Of a stretch of DNA of 64,000 nucleotides, positions 11,960 through 23,985 are shown piece after piece. Origin of the DNA: Vicugna vicugna (taxonomy: Eukaryota); NCBI GenBank assembly GCA_013265495.1, contig MU058531.1:186001-250000 (forward strand), given 5' to 3'. The position numbers and the translations under genes are program-made. Position 1 is the stretch's first letter. Each line of letters starts with the position of its first letter. Under the pieces are notes generated by a model. That model searched no databases and was not told where the DNA came from. It worked only from the letters and a program-made list of their open reading frames with translations.

Positions 11960-13199
11960 GACCTACACGTGTTAGCCCAGCCACCACTGAAGACCAGAAG
12001 GAAAGTAAAGACATGCAAGAGAGCATTTCAGAAAATGAGGAAAACATTAGATTTTTACAAAAAAATAACGAAGAGCTGGAAACACATTTACTCATTATTG
12101 AGAATGAACTTAAAAATGAAAAGGAAGAAAAAGCAGAATTAAATAAACAGATTGTTAGTTTGCAGCAGGAACTTTCTTCTTCTGAAGAGAAGAGTTTTAA
12201 TTTTAGTATAGAGATCCAACAAATTCAGTCGAATTACGACAGTGCGATTTCTGAATTACACGTGCAGAGAGGTATAAATCAAGAGCAGGAGGAAAGGATC
12301 ATGAAATTGTCAAAGGAGATAGAAACTGCTAGAAGAAATATTACAAATAATGTTTCACAAATAAAATTAATGCAAGCAAAAATAGATGAACTACGGACAC
12401 TTGATTCAGTTTCTCAGATCCCAAACATAGATTTACTCAAACTCAGGGATCTGTCAAGTGGTTCTCAAGAGGATGATTTGCCGGATACGCAGATAGACCT
12501 TTTGGAAGATGATTATTTGAGAAGTAAGCAGGTTAAAGAACATGGTATTCAGGAACGTAGTAGGAAAAATTCTTTCCATTGTACTGTTGAAGCCATTTGG
12601 GAGGAATGTAAGGAGATTGTAAAGACTTCTTCCAAAAGATGTCATCAGATCCAGGAACTGGAACAGCAAATTGAAAAGTTACAGGCAGAAGTAAAAGACT
12701 ATAAAGATGAAAACAATAGACTAAAAACAGAGGAGAGGGAGAATAAAAATCAAGATGATCAACTGAAAGAAAAAGACACTCTTATACAGCAGCTGAGAGA
12801 AGAATTGCAAGAAAAAAATGTTAGTCTTGGTATTCAACTACAGCATGTAGTTGAAGGAAAAAGAGCACTTTCAGAACTTACACAAGATGTTACTTGCTAT
12901 AAAGTGAAAATAAAGGAGCTTGAGGCAATCTTAGAAACTCAGAAAGAGGAATGTAGTCGTTCAGCCAAGTTAGAACAAGAAATTTTGGAAAAAGAATCAA
13001 TCATTTTAAAGCAAGAAAGAAATCTGAAGGAATTTGAAGCAAATCTTCAAGATTCTGTTAAAAACACCAAAGATTTAAGTGAAAGAGAAATCAAGCTGAA
13101 AGAAGAAATCATACAATTAACAAATAATTTGCAAGATGCAAAGCATTCACTTCAATTAAAGGAAGAAGAAAAAGAAACCAACTGGCATGAAATAGAAAA
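11960..13199 (+). CDS. KIF20B: KIF20B large coiled-coil exon (1240 nt), phase 1-2
   Basis: Acceptor tttttaaag, donor gtaagc at 13200; contains ORF 12013..13203, which is E/K/Q/L-rich and heptad-like. Confidence 0.97.
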
Positions 13200-13514
13200 G
13201 TAAGCTAAATGTTATTACAATGTTTAAAAATGTGCAGAGTATTTATTTTATAGATTTTTCTGTGTAGCTTTTAAATTTAGGTGGGCATGACAATCTGATA
13301 AAGTGTAGCATGTATGGTGAGTGAAGAACTTGAACATGGTTTGTCTAAACCTTTTGAGCCAAATGTTATATGTGAAGATCTGTTGATAAAATCTCCTGAA
13401 ATCCTCCTTGGAGGATTCATTCATAGTTTGGACATTCCATATTTGTGAAAAGATCTAATTTTGTAGATTGTCAGTAGCTCACGCATATGATCCAAAGTGA
13501 TTTGTGTTTTTTAG

Positions 13515-13653
13515 GTTGAAAGAGGAGCTCTCTGCAAGCTCTGCTCTTACCCAGAATCTGACAGTTGATCTTCAGAGGAAGGAGGAAGATTATGCTGAGC
13601 TGAAAGAGAAACTGGCTGATGCCAAAAAGCAGATTGAGCAAGTACAGAAAGAG
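13515..13653 (+). CDS. KIF20B: KIF20B exon (LKEELSASSA...QVQKE), phase 2-0
   Basis: Acceptor ttttag, donor gtacgt at 13654; 139 nt. Confidence 0.95.
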
Positions 13654-14179
13654 GTACGTTATTGGAAAAGTTGTGTGGCCAATTTAATTGATAAAGATTG
13701 TTTTCCTCATATCAAGTTTAGACACTGATTTTAGAATCGACCAGAACTTTTGTCAACTTATTAATTCTTCCTAAAATGAGAACAGTTACTTAACAAGAGA
13801 AAATTTAGTCAGCTTAAACAAACTGAAGAGTGTCCAATATTAGGAAAAATATATGCCTTATGTAAGATTAGAACCTTTTCTTTTAAGGACTACTAAATTC
13901 AAGCCCCTTCCCCCCTACAAAAAAGTAAAAAGCCAACTTCTGTTTGCAATATAGTATTTAGGAGAGTATATAGTGCATTTGTAACAAGTTTTTATTATAA
14001 TTTGATTAAAATATGAAATATAATCACGTGATTATATTTAAAATAAATGAAAGTATATATAAAATTTAAAATAAATGGAAGGATATATAGTGAGGAAAAA
14101 ACTGCCTTCTAGCCATCAAGTTTCCCTCCACCCTGTCAAATATTACCAATTACTTTTTTCTCTTTACTTCTGCCTCTTC

Positions 14180-15300
14180 TCTTTGTCCTTCTTTCCTTCT
14201 CTTCCTATAAAAAAATGGAAACATCCTGCAAACACTGTGTGAACCTTGGTTTTTTTCACTTAATAGTATATCTTGGCTGTCTTTCTATCTCAGGATATAG
14301 TCTCCAAGTAAATTTGTATGACTACAAGCATATATTTACCATTAATCAGTCCCTTATTGTTGGACAATTAAGGTAATTTCCAATCTACTGTTGATACAAA
14401 TTATGCAGTGATGTCATTTTGGACATTTGCATGTCTTCCTGTGGTATAAATTCCTAAAAGTGGAACTTGTGGCTCACTGGTTTGTATATCAGTAATTTGG
14501 ATATTTATTACACTTTTTAGAGATTATGCCAAATTTGCTCACCAGAACTAATGTATAATAATAAGAGAGTATCTTTTTATCTACAACCTTATCTACAAAG
14601 TAGTATTTTATCATGTTTCTTTGATATTTGCTAATTTGATAGGTAAACAGTGTATCTCAACTATAATTCTAATTTGCATATTTTTCATTGATACAACAAA
14701 TGCTTGTGGGTTTCATCCATATTATGTTTCCTACCCCCACTGAAGTTATATACTGAATATTTTGTGTGTATCTTTTTTATCTTTTAAAAATGTAATTTCA
14801 ACCATGTTTGGTTTTTTATCTCTGAACAATATATTATGTTGTTCTTCTGAGACTTCCATTTTCCACATCATATCCTGAGATTCTTTTATGTATACTTAAT
14901 CACTTTCACTGCTGTTTAATACTCTGTTGTGTGACTCTGCAGTTTAGTTATCCATTCTCCTAGTGACCGTTTAGGTTGTTTCCATTCTTTGCTCTTAGAA
15001 GCAGTGTCCCTATTTATAAATACCCTTGGCACACGTGTGCAAGAGTTTGTGTAGCAAGTTAGAAGATGTAAAGGGGTGTCCTGAGTATTCCTCTGATAAC
15101 TAATAAAATGTTCTTATTGACTATTTGTCTATTCCAGTTTTCACTCTGTGAAATCCATTTGTTCATATTTTCTTTTAATTTTGCTGTCCTTTTAAAATTA
15201 CTATTGTATTAGATTTCTTTATTGTTAGCTCTGATTCTTCTTTTTTTTTTTAGCTCTGATTCTTTGTCATTAAAATATACTGCAAATACCTTCTAGTTTA
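14180..15300 (-). mobile_element. Old L1 (L1M-type) fragments
   Basis: Motifs typical of antisense L1M (ttttttcacttaatag, atccattctcct...tttaggttgtttcca, tgtatctca...taatttgcat). Boundaries approximate. Confidence 0.6.
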
Positions 15301-17619
15301 CCTGTTGAAAATCAGGCCCCTTCATTCTATGAATGTCCTCAAAATAAAAGCTAGTCAGTGCTCCATTTATTTCTGTGATTCTTTTTTCGCTTAGTTTCTT
15401 TTTTTATCTCAGTATTTCTTTACTTTTTTTGTTAGTTCCTCAGTACTTTTAGAAACATTTAAAACTTTTTAATCCAGCATTTTTTTGTTGTTTTCAACAG
15501 AGGATTGGTTGGTTTCTTCTAAACTACTTGAAATTGAACTCTGGAACAATTTATGTAACATAAACAAATAATCTCAGAATAATATAGCCTTAATGTAAAT
15601 TAAAAACGAATGAAAAGAATGATATGAACTTTTTGATTAAATAAATAATAATTTTCATGGCTATTAGGCCTGTCCTGGTAAAGAAGAAAAGCTCTTGCTG
15701 GAGGCTTGGTACCCTCCACATCCATCTCCTTTTCCTGTGAGCAGAGGTTCTTTTTTTCCCTGACAGTTTCTTAAGTACTCTGATACCTGGAAGCTTTGGC
15801 CTAAGTCCTGTTGCATTGTTTATAATGATTTGTAGTGATGTTTAATGTGTTTTCCATTAGTGGTTAAGTTCCACGATTCATTGTTAATGTATTTAGCAGG
15901 ATTCTGATTTAAGTTTAGTGATAAGTACTAAGTTTTTATTATCATATGGGAAAATGCTTGTGTTATAATGTTAAGTAATATAGAAACTGAACTCAGTTTT
16001 TTATGTATAATAGGATTAAAACTATGCAAACAGTCTGTATAATATAGACTGCAAAGAGATATATAAAAATGTGTATTTTGATTATTTTAGGTAATGGCAT
16101 TCATTATAGATGATTTTTTTTAAAGCTCTACTTGTTGCATTATTTCTTATAACGGATATGTATTCATTCATAATGAAGGAAAGATAATAAAGTTTTTAAT
16201 CAATGGAAGAAAAAATACAAAATTTATGTTGTTTTCTGATAATTATATTACAAAAAGTTTCCAGGCCAAGCAATAAGTATTTGAAAAGTAGAGATGACCT
16301 AAATTGTAATTAGGTGTAAGAAAATTTTTACTCAGATCAGCAAGTTAAAAGCAGTGCATAATTTAGAAAAGCACTTGTTTGTCACTCGAAAGATTTGGAT
16401 TGTTTGCTTTCTAGGAGTGTAATTTTGGCCAGATCAGCCTTTGTTCCCCTCCAAGTTGGATATAAATTACTTATCTTTGGATTTAGTGTAGATTGTGAGC
16501 TTGTAAAATAAATTTAGAATGAAATTGAGGTTTTAACACCTCAGGATCAAGAAGACTAGAGTTTCCAGAGGTAGTAGACAGGCTTGAAAGCTTTATAAAT
16601 TCTGGACAAATGACAGGTAAATGGATTAAATTCTCCAAAATATAAACTGCAGTCCTAGTCTTAACGCACCTTATTGCCTTTTGTTAGGTTCCCCTCACTT
16701 AGCTAAGTTGTCCAGAGGAAACTTTAGATTTATTGTAATTCCTACATATTATAGTAGGATTTATTATAACTCCTATTATCAGTCCATATGTTGTTCATAG
16801 TATCCTCAGCAAAACAAATAAGGAAATAACCGTTAGGGTGAACTTACAGCCTTCATGCATTTTCCATGTTTCTATTAGTTGAAGTATGAGTGAGGCCTGT
16901 GCAGCTTGATTTTGAACTACTGATTTTGAGATCTGGGACTCAGATCCTCTCTTGACTTTTCTACAGTATGGGAGAAAATACCATTCCTTTGTCTTTTCTG
17001 ATCTTTTTTTTTTTAATGTATTTTTTATTTTACATTGCTTTAATGTAGTTTGTTTATTTCTGTTTTAAGTGATATCTTAGCTGAAGATTCTTAGAGTATA
17101 GAAACTTCCTGGTTTAAGATACTGTTTCTGAACACTGTGATTATCAGTAAGCATTATCAAACATGGTGTAATTGACTTATGTTCATATGGAACTAGTTAC
17201 TCAGTTTTAAAAAAAAAGCTTCTTTTTCCAGTTAAAAACTTTTCATTATAATACAGTATTAGGAAATTTTTTTTAAGAAATGAAGATAAAAGTAAAAGCC
17301 TTCTCCCTGATCTCATTTTTCCAAATATGACCATTCCTGACAATTCTTCTGTGTTCTTTTAGCTCTTTTTACGTGCATTTTACATAATATATTTTTGTAA
17401 TTATATGCTTATATATTTTTATTTTTATAAATGGGATCAACTATATATAAATACTGCTTTTTAAATTTATGCTAATTTTAAGATTTTTTCATAACACAGT
17501 TGAGGAGGTATCCCTTTTTAAGTGATGTTTTATTTTATAGATAACTAACATTAATCTTAAGGGTATTAAGAGTGTTTTCTATTTTTCAAAATAAACAATG
17601 TGTAATGTCAATGCTAATA

Positions 17620-17830
17620 ATAATAATAGCAGCTTACTCTGGATCAGTTGTTCTGAATTTACATGTATCATCTCATTTAATTCTCACGCAAATATTAAGA
17701 ATAGGTACTGTTTTAACTTGCATTTTATGGCTAAGGAAATAGGCATTGAGAGATATAACTTACCCAGGTTTACTTGGCTGGTAAATGAAGAGCCAGGATG
17801 GAAACTGAAGCAGTCCTCATGTGCATCTTG
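17620..17830 (-). mobile_element. MIR SINE remnant
   Basis: tatcatctcatttaattctcac...cattttatgg..aaggaaataggc...aacttacccaggtttac...gagccaggatggaaac. Confidence 0.75.
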
Positions 17831-18165
17831 CTGCAAATAGTTTATATCTGTAAAATTGATGAAGATGGTGTTTATTACAGGAAGCCCCATATTTTAAAAC
17901 AAAATAAGCCAGTAAAAATATTACTAATTGGTGATTACAAAAGGAATATATATATTTATTGTAGTAGATTTGAAGCATACAGAAAACCTAAAAAGGGATG
18001 TAAAAATCCCCTGAAAACAAACCACTGAGAGCTACTATTATTATGGCATCCCCATGCTTGTTATGAGGGGGAACTTTGTTCAATTAATTTCCTTCAGTTT
18101 TTGAGATCTCTAGGATTGGTACAACGGAAACTGGCCTAAAAATGTACATAGATTACCTGTGTTTG

Positions 18166-18210
18166 TTTCTTCCTTCCTTCCTTCCTTCCTCCCCTCCCCT
18201 CCCTTCCTTT
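18166..18210. repeat. (TTCC)n/(CCCCT)n microsatellite
   Basis: Directly visible in the sequence. Confidence 0.9.
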
Positions 18211-18770
18211 CTTGCGAAGATTTGCATACTAATTCATAGTGCTTTTTGATTTCTTTAGCAAGTTTGTAGAATTAGGTTGCCAGTAACACCAAAAATCGAT
18301 TGACCTTCACTTGCATGGCTACTTTTTGATCTTGTAATTGTTCCATTTTCATCCTCTACGTGCTAATAGCTTTTAAAGTATTTCTTATATTTCTGGATCA
18401 CAGTAATTAATAAATCTTGGAAATCTGAGCCAGTATTTTTCCCCTAGAGTATCTCTATTGTTTTTTCCGAGACAATGATTTTGCTATTGCATGCAAGGGA
18501 CTATGTTGATTCTTTTTTGTGAATACTTACAGAGTTTAAGATTCTTAAAATATTGTAAGAAAAATATGAACTCCACATATGTATCTCCTTTGGAATGTCA
18601 AGAAGTTTTCCGGTAATTTGAAGTCATATCACGTATGTTCGAATCTGTAGTTTTTCTTACATGCTTTAAAGGACATAAATCTTTGAGTCAGTGGCCATGA
18701 ATTTTAAACAACAAAAAGCAATTAGTATTTATAAATATATTTAATTTAATTTATAAATATTACTTTGTAG

Positions 18771-18890
18771 GTATCTATAATGCGTGAAGAGGAGAAATTG
18801 TTAAGGAGTAAAATTAATGAACTGGAGAAGAAGAAAAACCAGTGTTCTCAGGAAATAGAGATGAAACAGCGAACCATTCAGCAACTCAAG
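18771..18890 (+). CDS. KIF20B: KIF20B exon (VSIMREEEKL...TIQQLK), phase 0-0
   Basis: Acceptor tttgtag, donor gtaaca at 18891; 120 nt. Confidence 0.95.
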
Positions 18891-18958
18891 GTAACAGTTT
18901 TGTTTTTAAAAATGATTTAAGTAGCTTCTGTTGGTATATTTTAGTGTTTAATTAAGTG

Positions 18959-19420
18959 TGTAAGGTTTTTTTTTTTTTTAAGTAAAAAATGGATTTTATT
19001 TGAGCCGATCTGAGGATTATAACCCAGGAGACAGTCTTTCAAAAAGCTCTGAGGACTGTTCTACCTGCTAGAGGTCAAAACAGAGTTATATACCTTTTTG
19101 AGACAAAGGGTTGTATATCAAATGACGTCTTGTTGACGGCTTACACACAGTCCAGATGTACAGTACAAGTGAGTGGTGGGTCATCTTGATCCCTTACACG
19201 TTAAGGAGGAAGGTTATCTCCTAAGGAGTTATCACGCTGGCACCAGGAGTAGCTCTTTACAATCCAGCAGGCATTCCTGTGTCTTCTAAGGAGGTTTGGT
19301 TAATACAGATGCATAATGCACACTACAGGGGCAGGGTGGCCCTAAGGGCACAGAGAGAATTGTATGTTTGAAGAAAAAAATTTTTTTCTTGTCCTGCCTT
19401 AAAATTAATTTGTTTCATCA
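18959..19420 (-). mobile_element. Probable ERV1-class LTR, antisense to KIF20B
   Basis: About 460 nt with TG...CA ends and a minus-strand AATAAA (tttatt at 18995-19000) near its 3' end. No TSD seen. Confidence 0.6.
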
Positions 19421-20099
19421 CCAGTCAGTGAGAACTCTGAGGTGGTAAACCCAGCTTGGTTGTGTGGTCAGTGTGAGGAGCACTGCTGGGGCTGCGGCAG
19501 ACACGCTTTTGCATGTGCTGTCAGGGAGGGACCCTGCAGCCACATCTCTGCGCAAGTCAGGGGTAGCTGGGGAGCCCTGTACGCGATGCCCGAGGTCAAG
19601 GGGGTTCCCCTCCTGGGTGTTGGGTGTTCTGAAACTGTTTGGACAGCGGGTGGCTGAGAAGTGTGGGCTGTGGCTCCCAAGGACCCCACCCTCTCCTCAG
19701 TGGAGCTGGCTCTGAAAACCCCTGCTTCTGGGTCTGAGACCAACTGTGTCTCTGTCTTTCGCTGCAATAGGACCTCCCAGGGTTTCTGGGGGAATTGTCT
19801 CCTAGCCTGCCTCCATGTCTGCCCCCACCCCCAATCCACAGAACAAGAGTCACCGTGTTTTCAGTGGACTTTTGGGAGGCCTTTAGGGAAAAAAGCTGTT
19901 TAAACATCCTACTTTCAAGAAAAATGACAATCATTTCATGATTCCAGCAACTTAGGGAACTTTAAGAGACTTCGGAGAACAGCTGTGAATGCTTGATTTT
20001 AATGGGTGACTTCAGCATCAACCCAAACATATAGTGAGATTTCAAAACAGACTGAAAACCTGTTTATAGTGTGGCCCGTATATAGCCAGACACAATCTA

Positions 20100-20700
20100 A
20101 CTTCTTCCTGTCACCGTCTGTCCACCTCCATCATTTTCTGTCTCTTTCCCTCACTGTCCTTCCACCTGTGTCGTTCCCTTTCATCCTCCGTCTCTTTCAT
20201 TATTGTCCATCTCCCTCCATCAGTCTCTATCTCTGTTCATCACCGTGTGTCTTCTTGTGTCATTCTCTGTCATTCTCCGTCCCTTTCCGTCACTGTTCGA
20301 CAGTCTCCATCGTTCCTGCCATTTTCTCTCTTTGTAAGATTAGGTTCGAGGTTTGCTCCTTTCATCACACGTCCTCACTCCCTGGTAAGGCTTGGCTCTT
20401 TGTTGACCCCTCATTCTTCTCTCCCTTCCACTTTATCGCGTATTCACTCTGTTGTCCTTCCAGGCCTGTCTCTCCTACACAGATACTCCCTTCTTGTCAC
20501 TCTTCATTTTGGTCCACCAGCTTTAGTGCTTTCTGTGTCCTCCTCTCTGCACCCTCGGTAATCTCTGTTACTCTGTCATTCTCCATTAAGCTCTCTTTGT
20601 CTCACTTGTCACCATGCTCTTTGTTCACTCCTGACGATTTCTGCCACCCTGGCCACTCACTATCATATCGCTGGCCCTTCACTGGGGTCCACTCTATCAG
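20100..20700. repeat. CT-rich low-complexity tract (degenerate tctctgtca-like units)
   Basis: Strong pyrimidine bias on the + strand. Confidence 0.8.
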
Positions 20701-20779
20701 TCCTTTATGACAAATTCTCTTTTGACCTTTCCTGGAACCTAAAAATAAATTGCTTAAAATTAAATAAGGCCCTGGTGAT

Positions 20780-21400
20780 TTGCTTCTAGCAAAGGGTATG
20801 GAAAGGAAAAAATTGTAACTTTACAGTTATATCTTAACCAAGGTGTTTAAGAATAACATCAACAGTAGTAAGTCACCGTGAACTTCCTGATTTGATGTGA
20901 TCAGAAGGGCACAGTGCTTTTGTGGCATTTGTCTCTAAAATCCATAACCTCAGAGAGAAAACAGCAGATCAAACTGAGGATGTTCTACCAAATACCTAAC
21001 CAGTAAAAAGTGTCAAGGTCATTAAGGTTAAGGAATTATGGGGCAACTATCACAGACTGGAGGAGACATGGTGACTAAATGCAGTGTTGTATCCTGTATG
21101 AGATCCTGGAACAGAAAAAGGACATCAGTGGAGAAACTGGTGAAATGTGAATAAAGTCTGTAATATTATTAATAGTATTATGCCAGTGTTCATTTCTCTT
21201 TTACAAAGATGTTTCCATGTTTAAATAACAAAGCTTCAAAACTCAGGTGCGCACTTTTGTGTCCAGTGTTAATTTCTTGATTTTTAAATAAGTGTCCCAT
21301 GGTACTATAAGTTAACATTAGGGAAGCTGAGCAGAGGTTAGACAGGAAATCTCTGCTATCTTTGTGACTCTGTTATAAATAAAAAGTAAAAAGAAAATGA
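20780..21400 (+). mobile_element. Old L1 3' end (L1MC/MD/ME-type)
   Basis: gactaaatgcagtg...atcctggaacagaaaaaggacat...gaataaagtctg, ending in an A-rich tail. Confidence 0.75.
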
Positions 21401-22265
21401 AGATTAAATCTTGTAAAAATTTTTTTAGAAGGGCACTTGGAGAGCAGAATCCCTTTATAAATGGTTATATTTTGTTTGACATCAATTAAATGGATGATAA
21501 TAATTTAAAAATTGAATTTGTTGTATTTGCTTGTTTGCTTTTAAATGAAGGAAACTAATGAATATTTAGATGTAAATACATGACTTTAGTTTTTGACTGA
21601 ATATAATTCTAATAAAGCAGTCAATACTTTCATAATAGGATTTAGAGATTTCCAGGTTCTATAATGATTATTCTAAAACTTATAATATGAGAAGATAGTG
21701 CTGAAATTAGATGAGAGAGGGAGTGAAGTTTGGGTTACATGACAGGTTAAAACTGGAATTGAAGGATTTCAAGTGCCCATACATTAATCTTGCATCTTTT
21801 TCAAACCTCCCAGCTACTTTCTACATAAAGGGCATGTGGGAGCCCTATTTTTCCTGCATTTTGAATTTACTGAAAGGGAATTTGTTTATGGTTTTCTTTT
21901 TTCCTCCTACATTAAATACACAGTAAACTTCCATTTCCCCTGTTTATGCTTTTTGTGATGTGTGAAAAAAACATACATGCTAGCTTAAAAGGTTGAGTAA
22001 AGAAAATGATTCGGCATTTTTCATTCTCATTAATACCACTTAATAAAGGTATAAAGTTTTGGGGGTTTTGTTTTTGTTTTTCTTATTATCACTCTCACCC
22101 TGCCCTTTTCTCCAAGGTGAAACTGAAGAGATTGAGACTAGTAGTCAGCCTTATCGGAGATAGATTCCAAATTTAATATTAACCCCCATTTTCAAGCCCC
22201 ACTATTAAATATCGGGGCATAGTTAAGTTACAATTGCATTTAATTCATATTCTTTCATTTCGCAG

Positions 22266-22326
22266 GAGCAGTTAAGTGATCGGAAAGTGGAAGAAGCTAT
22301 ACAGCAATATGAGAGAGTGTGCAAAG
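22266..22326 (+). CDS. KIF20B: KIF20B exon (EQLSDRKVEEAIQQYERVCK), phase 0-1
   Basis: Acceptor tttcgcag, donor gtcaga at 22327; 61 nt. Confidence 0.92.
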
Positions 22327-23174
22327 GTCAGAAACAAACCTCTACTTCCAGTATTAAAAAGACTACAAAATAAGTAGTAAGAATAACTACTATTCCTTAG
22401 ACAATTCTTAAGTGAAATAAGGCCAACAAAGGATGTAACTTCATCAAAAGAGAAAAGTATTGATTTTAAAGAGTAACTTATCAACGTAAAGTTTATTCTT
22501 GAAGTAAAACATTAAGAAGTATTCAGTCAAAGCAACATTGATTTCTAGGTAGTGGCCAGTATGTTGTGAAAAATAAAATCAGTCAAAGTTGTATAGGTCA
22601 CAGTGAATGGAATGGATTTCTAGACAAAATCATTTAAAGAAAATTCTTCAAGTAAAATAGCTTTAAAAATTTTTTAAATAGTTTAAAAAAAAATATAATA
22701 ATTTAGATTCAAAGTGTATCTGCTGAATTTTTTTCTCAAATTGTATTGATAGTTTATTTGAAATATCACAAAATTATCTTTGTAGATGATATATACATAT
22801 TTCTGTTCATAAAATTACGCAGATTCCTCTCCTTCCCATCACTCACCCCTTCACTTCTTAGTTGTGTGAGTAGTAGACCTGGGCTTTGAACCCATGTCTG
22901 TTTCACTCTTAAGTTTCAGACTTTCTTCACTAATTCATGCTATTTGTACTTGGCCAACTAAAGAGGAGGGGTAAGACAACCAGATTATTATTTATTTGGA
23001 TGACTTGAACATTTAGAGGATTAACTTGAATCAGTAACTTGGATGTGAAAATATATCTCTGCACACAGTCGTATTTTCTCCTACCCTTATTAGGCCATTA
23101 TCCCTTAACTTCTCTTATTTCCATAATCTTTTTAGAGTTTCTGTTTACTTTGGCTCCTGTGTCATTGTTGGCAG

Positions 23175-23985
23175 ATGTGAATAGTAAGAAACTGTCGCCT
23201 AATCTCAAGTTATCTAGGTTTTCTTCCAAGAGTTTTATAGTTTTAGTTCTTATATTTAGGTCTTTGATCCATTTTGAATTAATCCATTTGAGTATAATTT
23301 TGTATATTGTGTGAGATAGGTGTCTAACTTGATTCTTTTTCATATGGAGATCCAGTTGTCCCAGCACCATTTGTTAAAAAAGACTCTTCTTTCCCTCATT
23401 GCATTGTTTTGCCCCTTTGTTGAAAGTCAGTTGACTATATATGTAAGGGTTTATTTCTGAACTCTCAGTGTGTTTCATTGTTCTGTATGCCACTTCTTAG
23501 GCTAGCACCACACTGTCTTGTTTCTTACCTTTTAAGTAAGTTTTGAAATTGGGAAGTGTGAATGTTCCCACATTCTTTCTTCTTTTGCAGGATTCTTTTG
23601 GCTATTTTAAATCTCTTGCATTTCCATGTGAATTTTAGTATCAGCTTGTCAATTTTTGCAAAAAAGCCAGCTAGAATTTTAATAGGGGTTGTGTTAAATT
23701 TGAGGATCTATTTGGGGAAATTGCCAACCTAACAATATTAGTCATGGATGCAGGAAATCTTTTCATTTATTTAGGCCTTCTATAATTCCTTTTAGTGATG
23801 TTTAGTTTTCAGTGTGTAAGTTTTACACATCTGTTGTTAAATTTATTTGTAAATATTTTGTTGTTTGTAATACTATTGACAATGGAATTGTTTCCCTAAT
23901 GCCATTTTTGGATTGTTTTTGCTATTGTATATAAAATATAATTGATTTAATCATATTGATTTTGTATCTTGCTACTTTGCTGAAA
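23175..23985 (-). mobile_element. L1 ORF2 3' region fragment
   Basis: ORF 23098..23370 contains INSKWIKDLNIRTKTIKLLEEN, characteristic of L1 ORF2p. Confidence 0.9.

Noticed and set aside
12521..12529. Internal donor GAA|gtaagc in the large exon
   Set aside because: Phase 1 against the normal phase 2, so splicing to the next exon would frameshift. Such 9-mers are expected by chance in 1.2 kb of A-rich exon.
12013..13203. 396-aa ORF as a stand-alone gene
   Set aside because: It is the large internal KIF20B exon; the TAA belongs to the gtaagc donor.
18765..18776. AG|GT recursive-splice-like site
   Set aside because: It is simply the exon start (GTA, Val); gtatct is a poor donor and the intron is short.
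19442..19934. Five overlapping ORFs on both strands
   Set aside because: Expected in locally GC-rich DNA; no recognisable protein or splice context.
20006..20710. 234-aa ORF on + (and overlapping 104-aa ORF)
   Set aside because: An S/L/P/F/H/C-rich product of an A-poor pyrimidine tract where stops are rare. The start is non-ATG and there is no recognisable domain.
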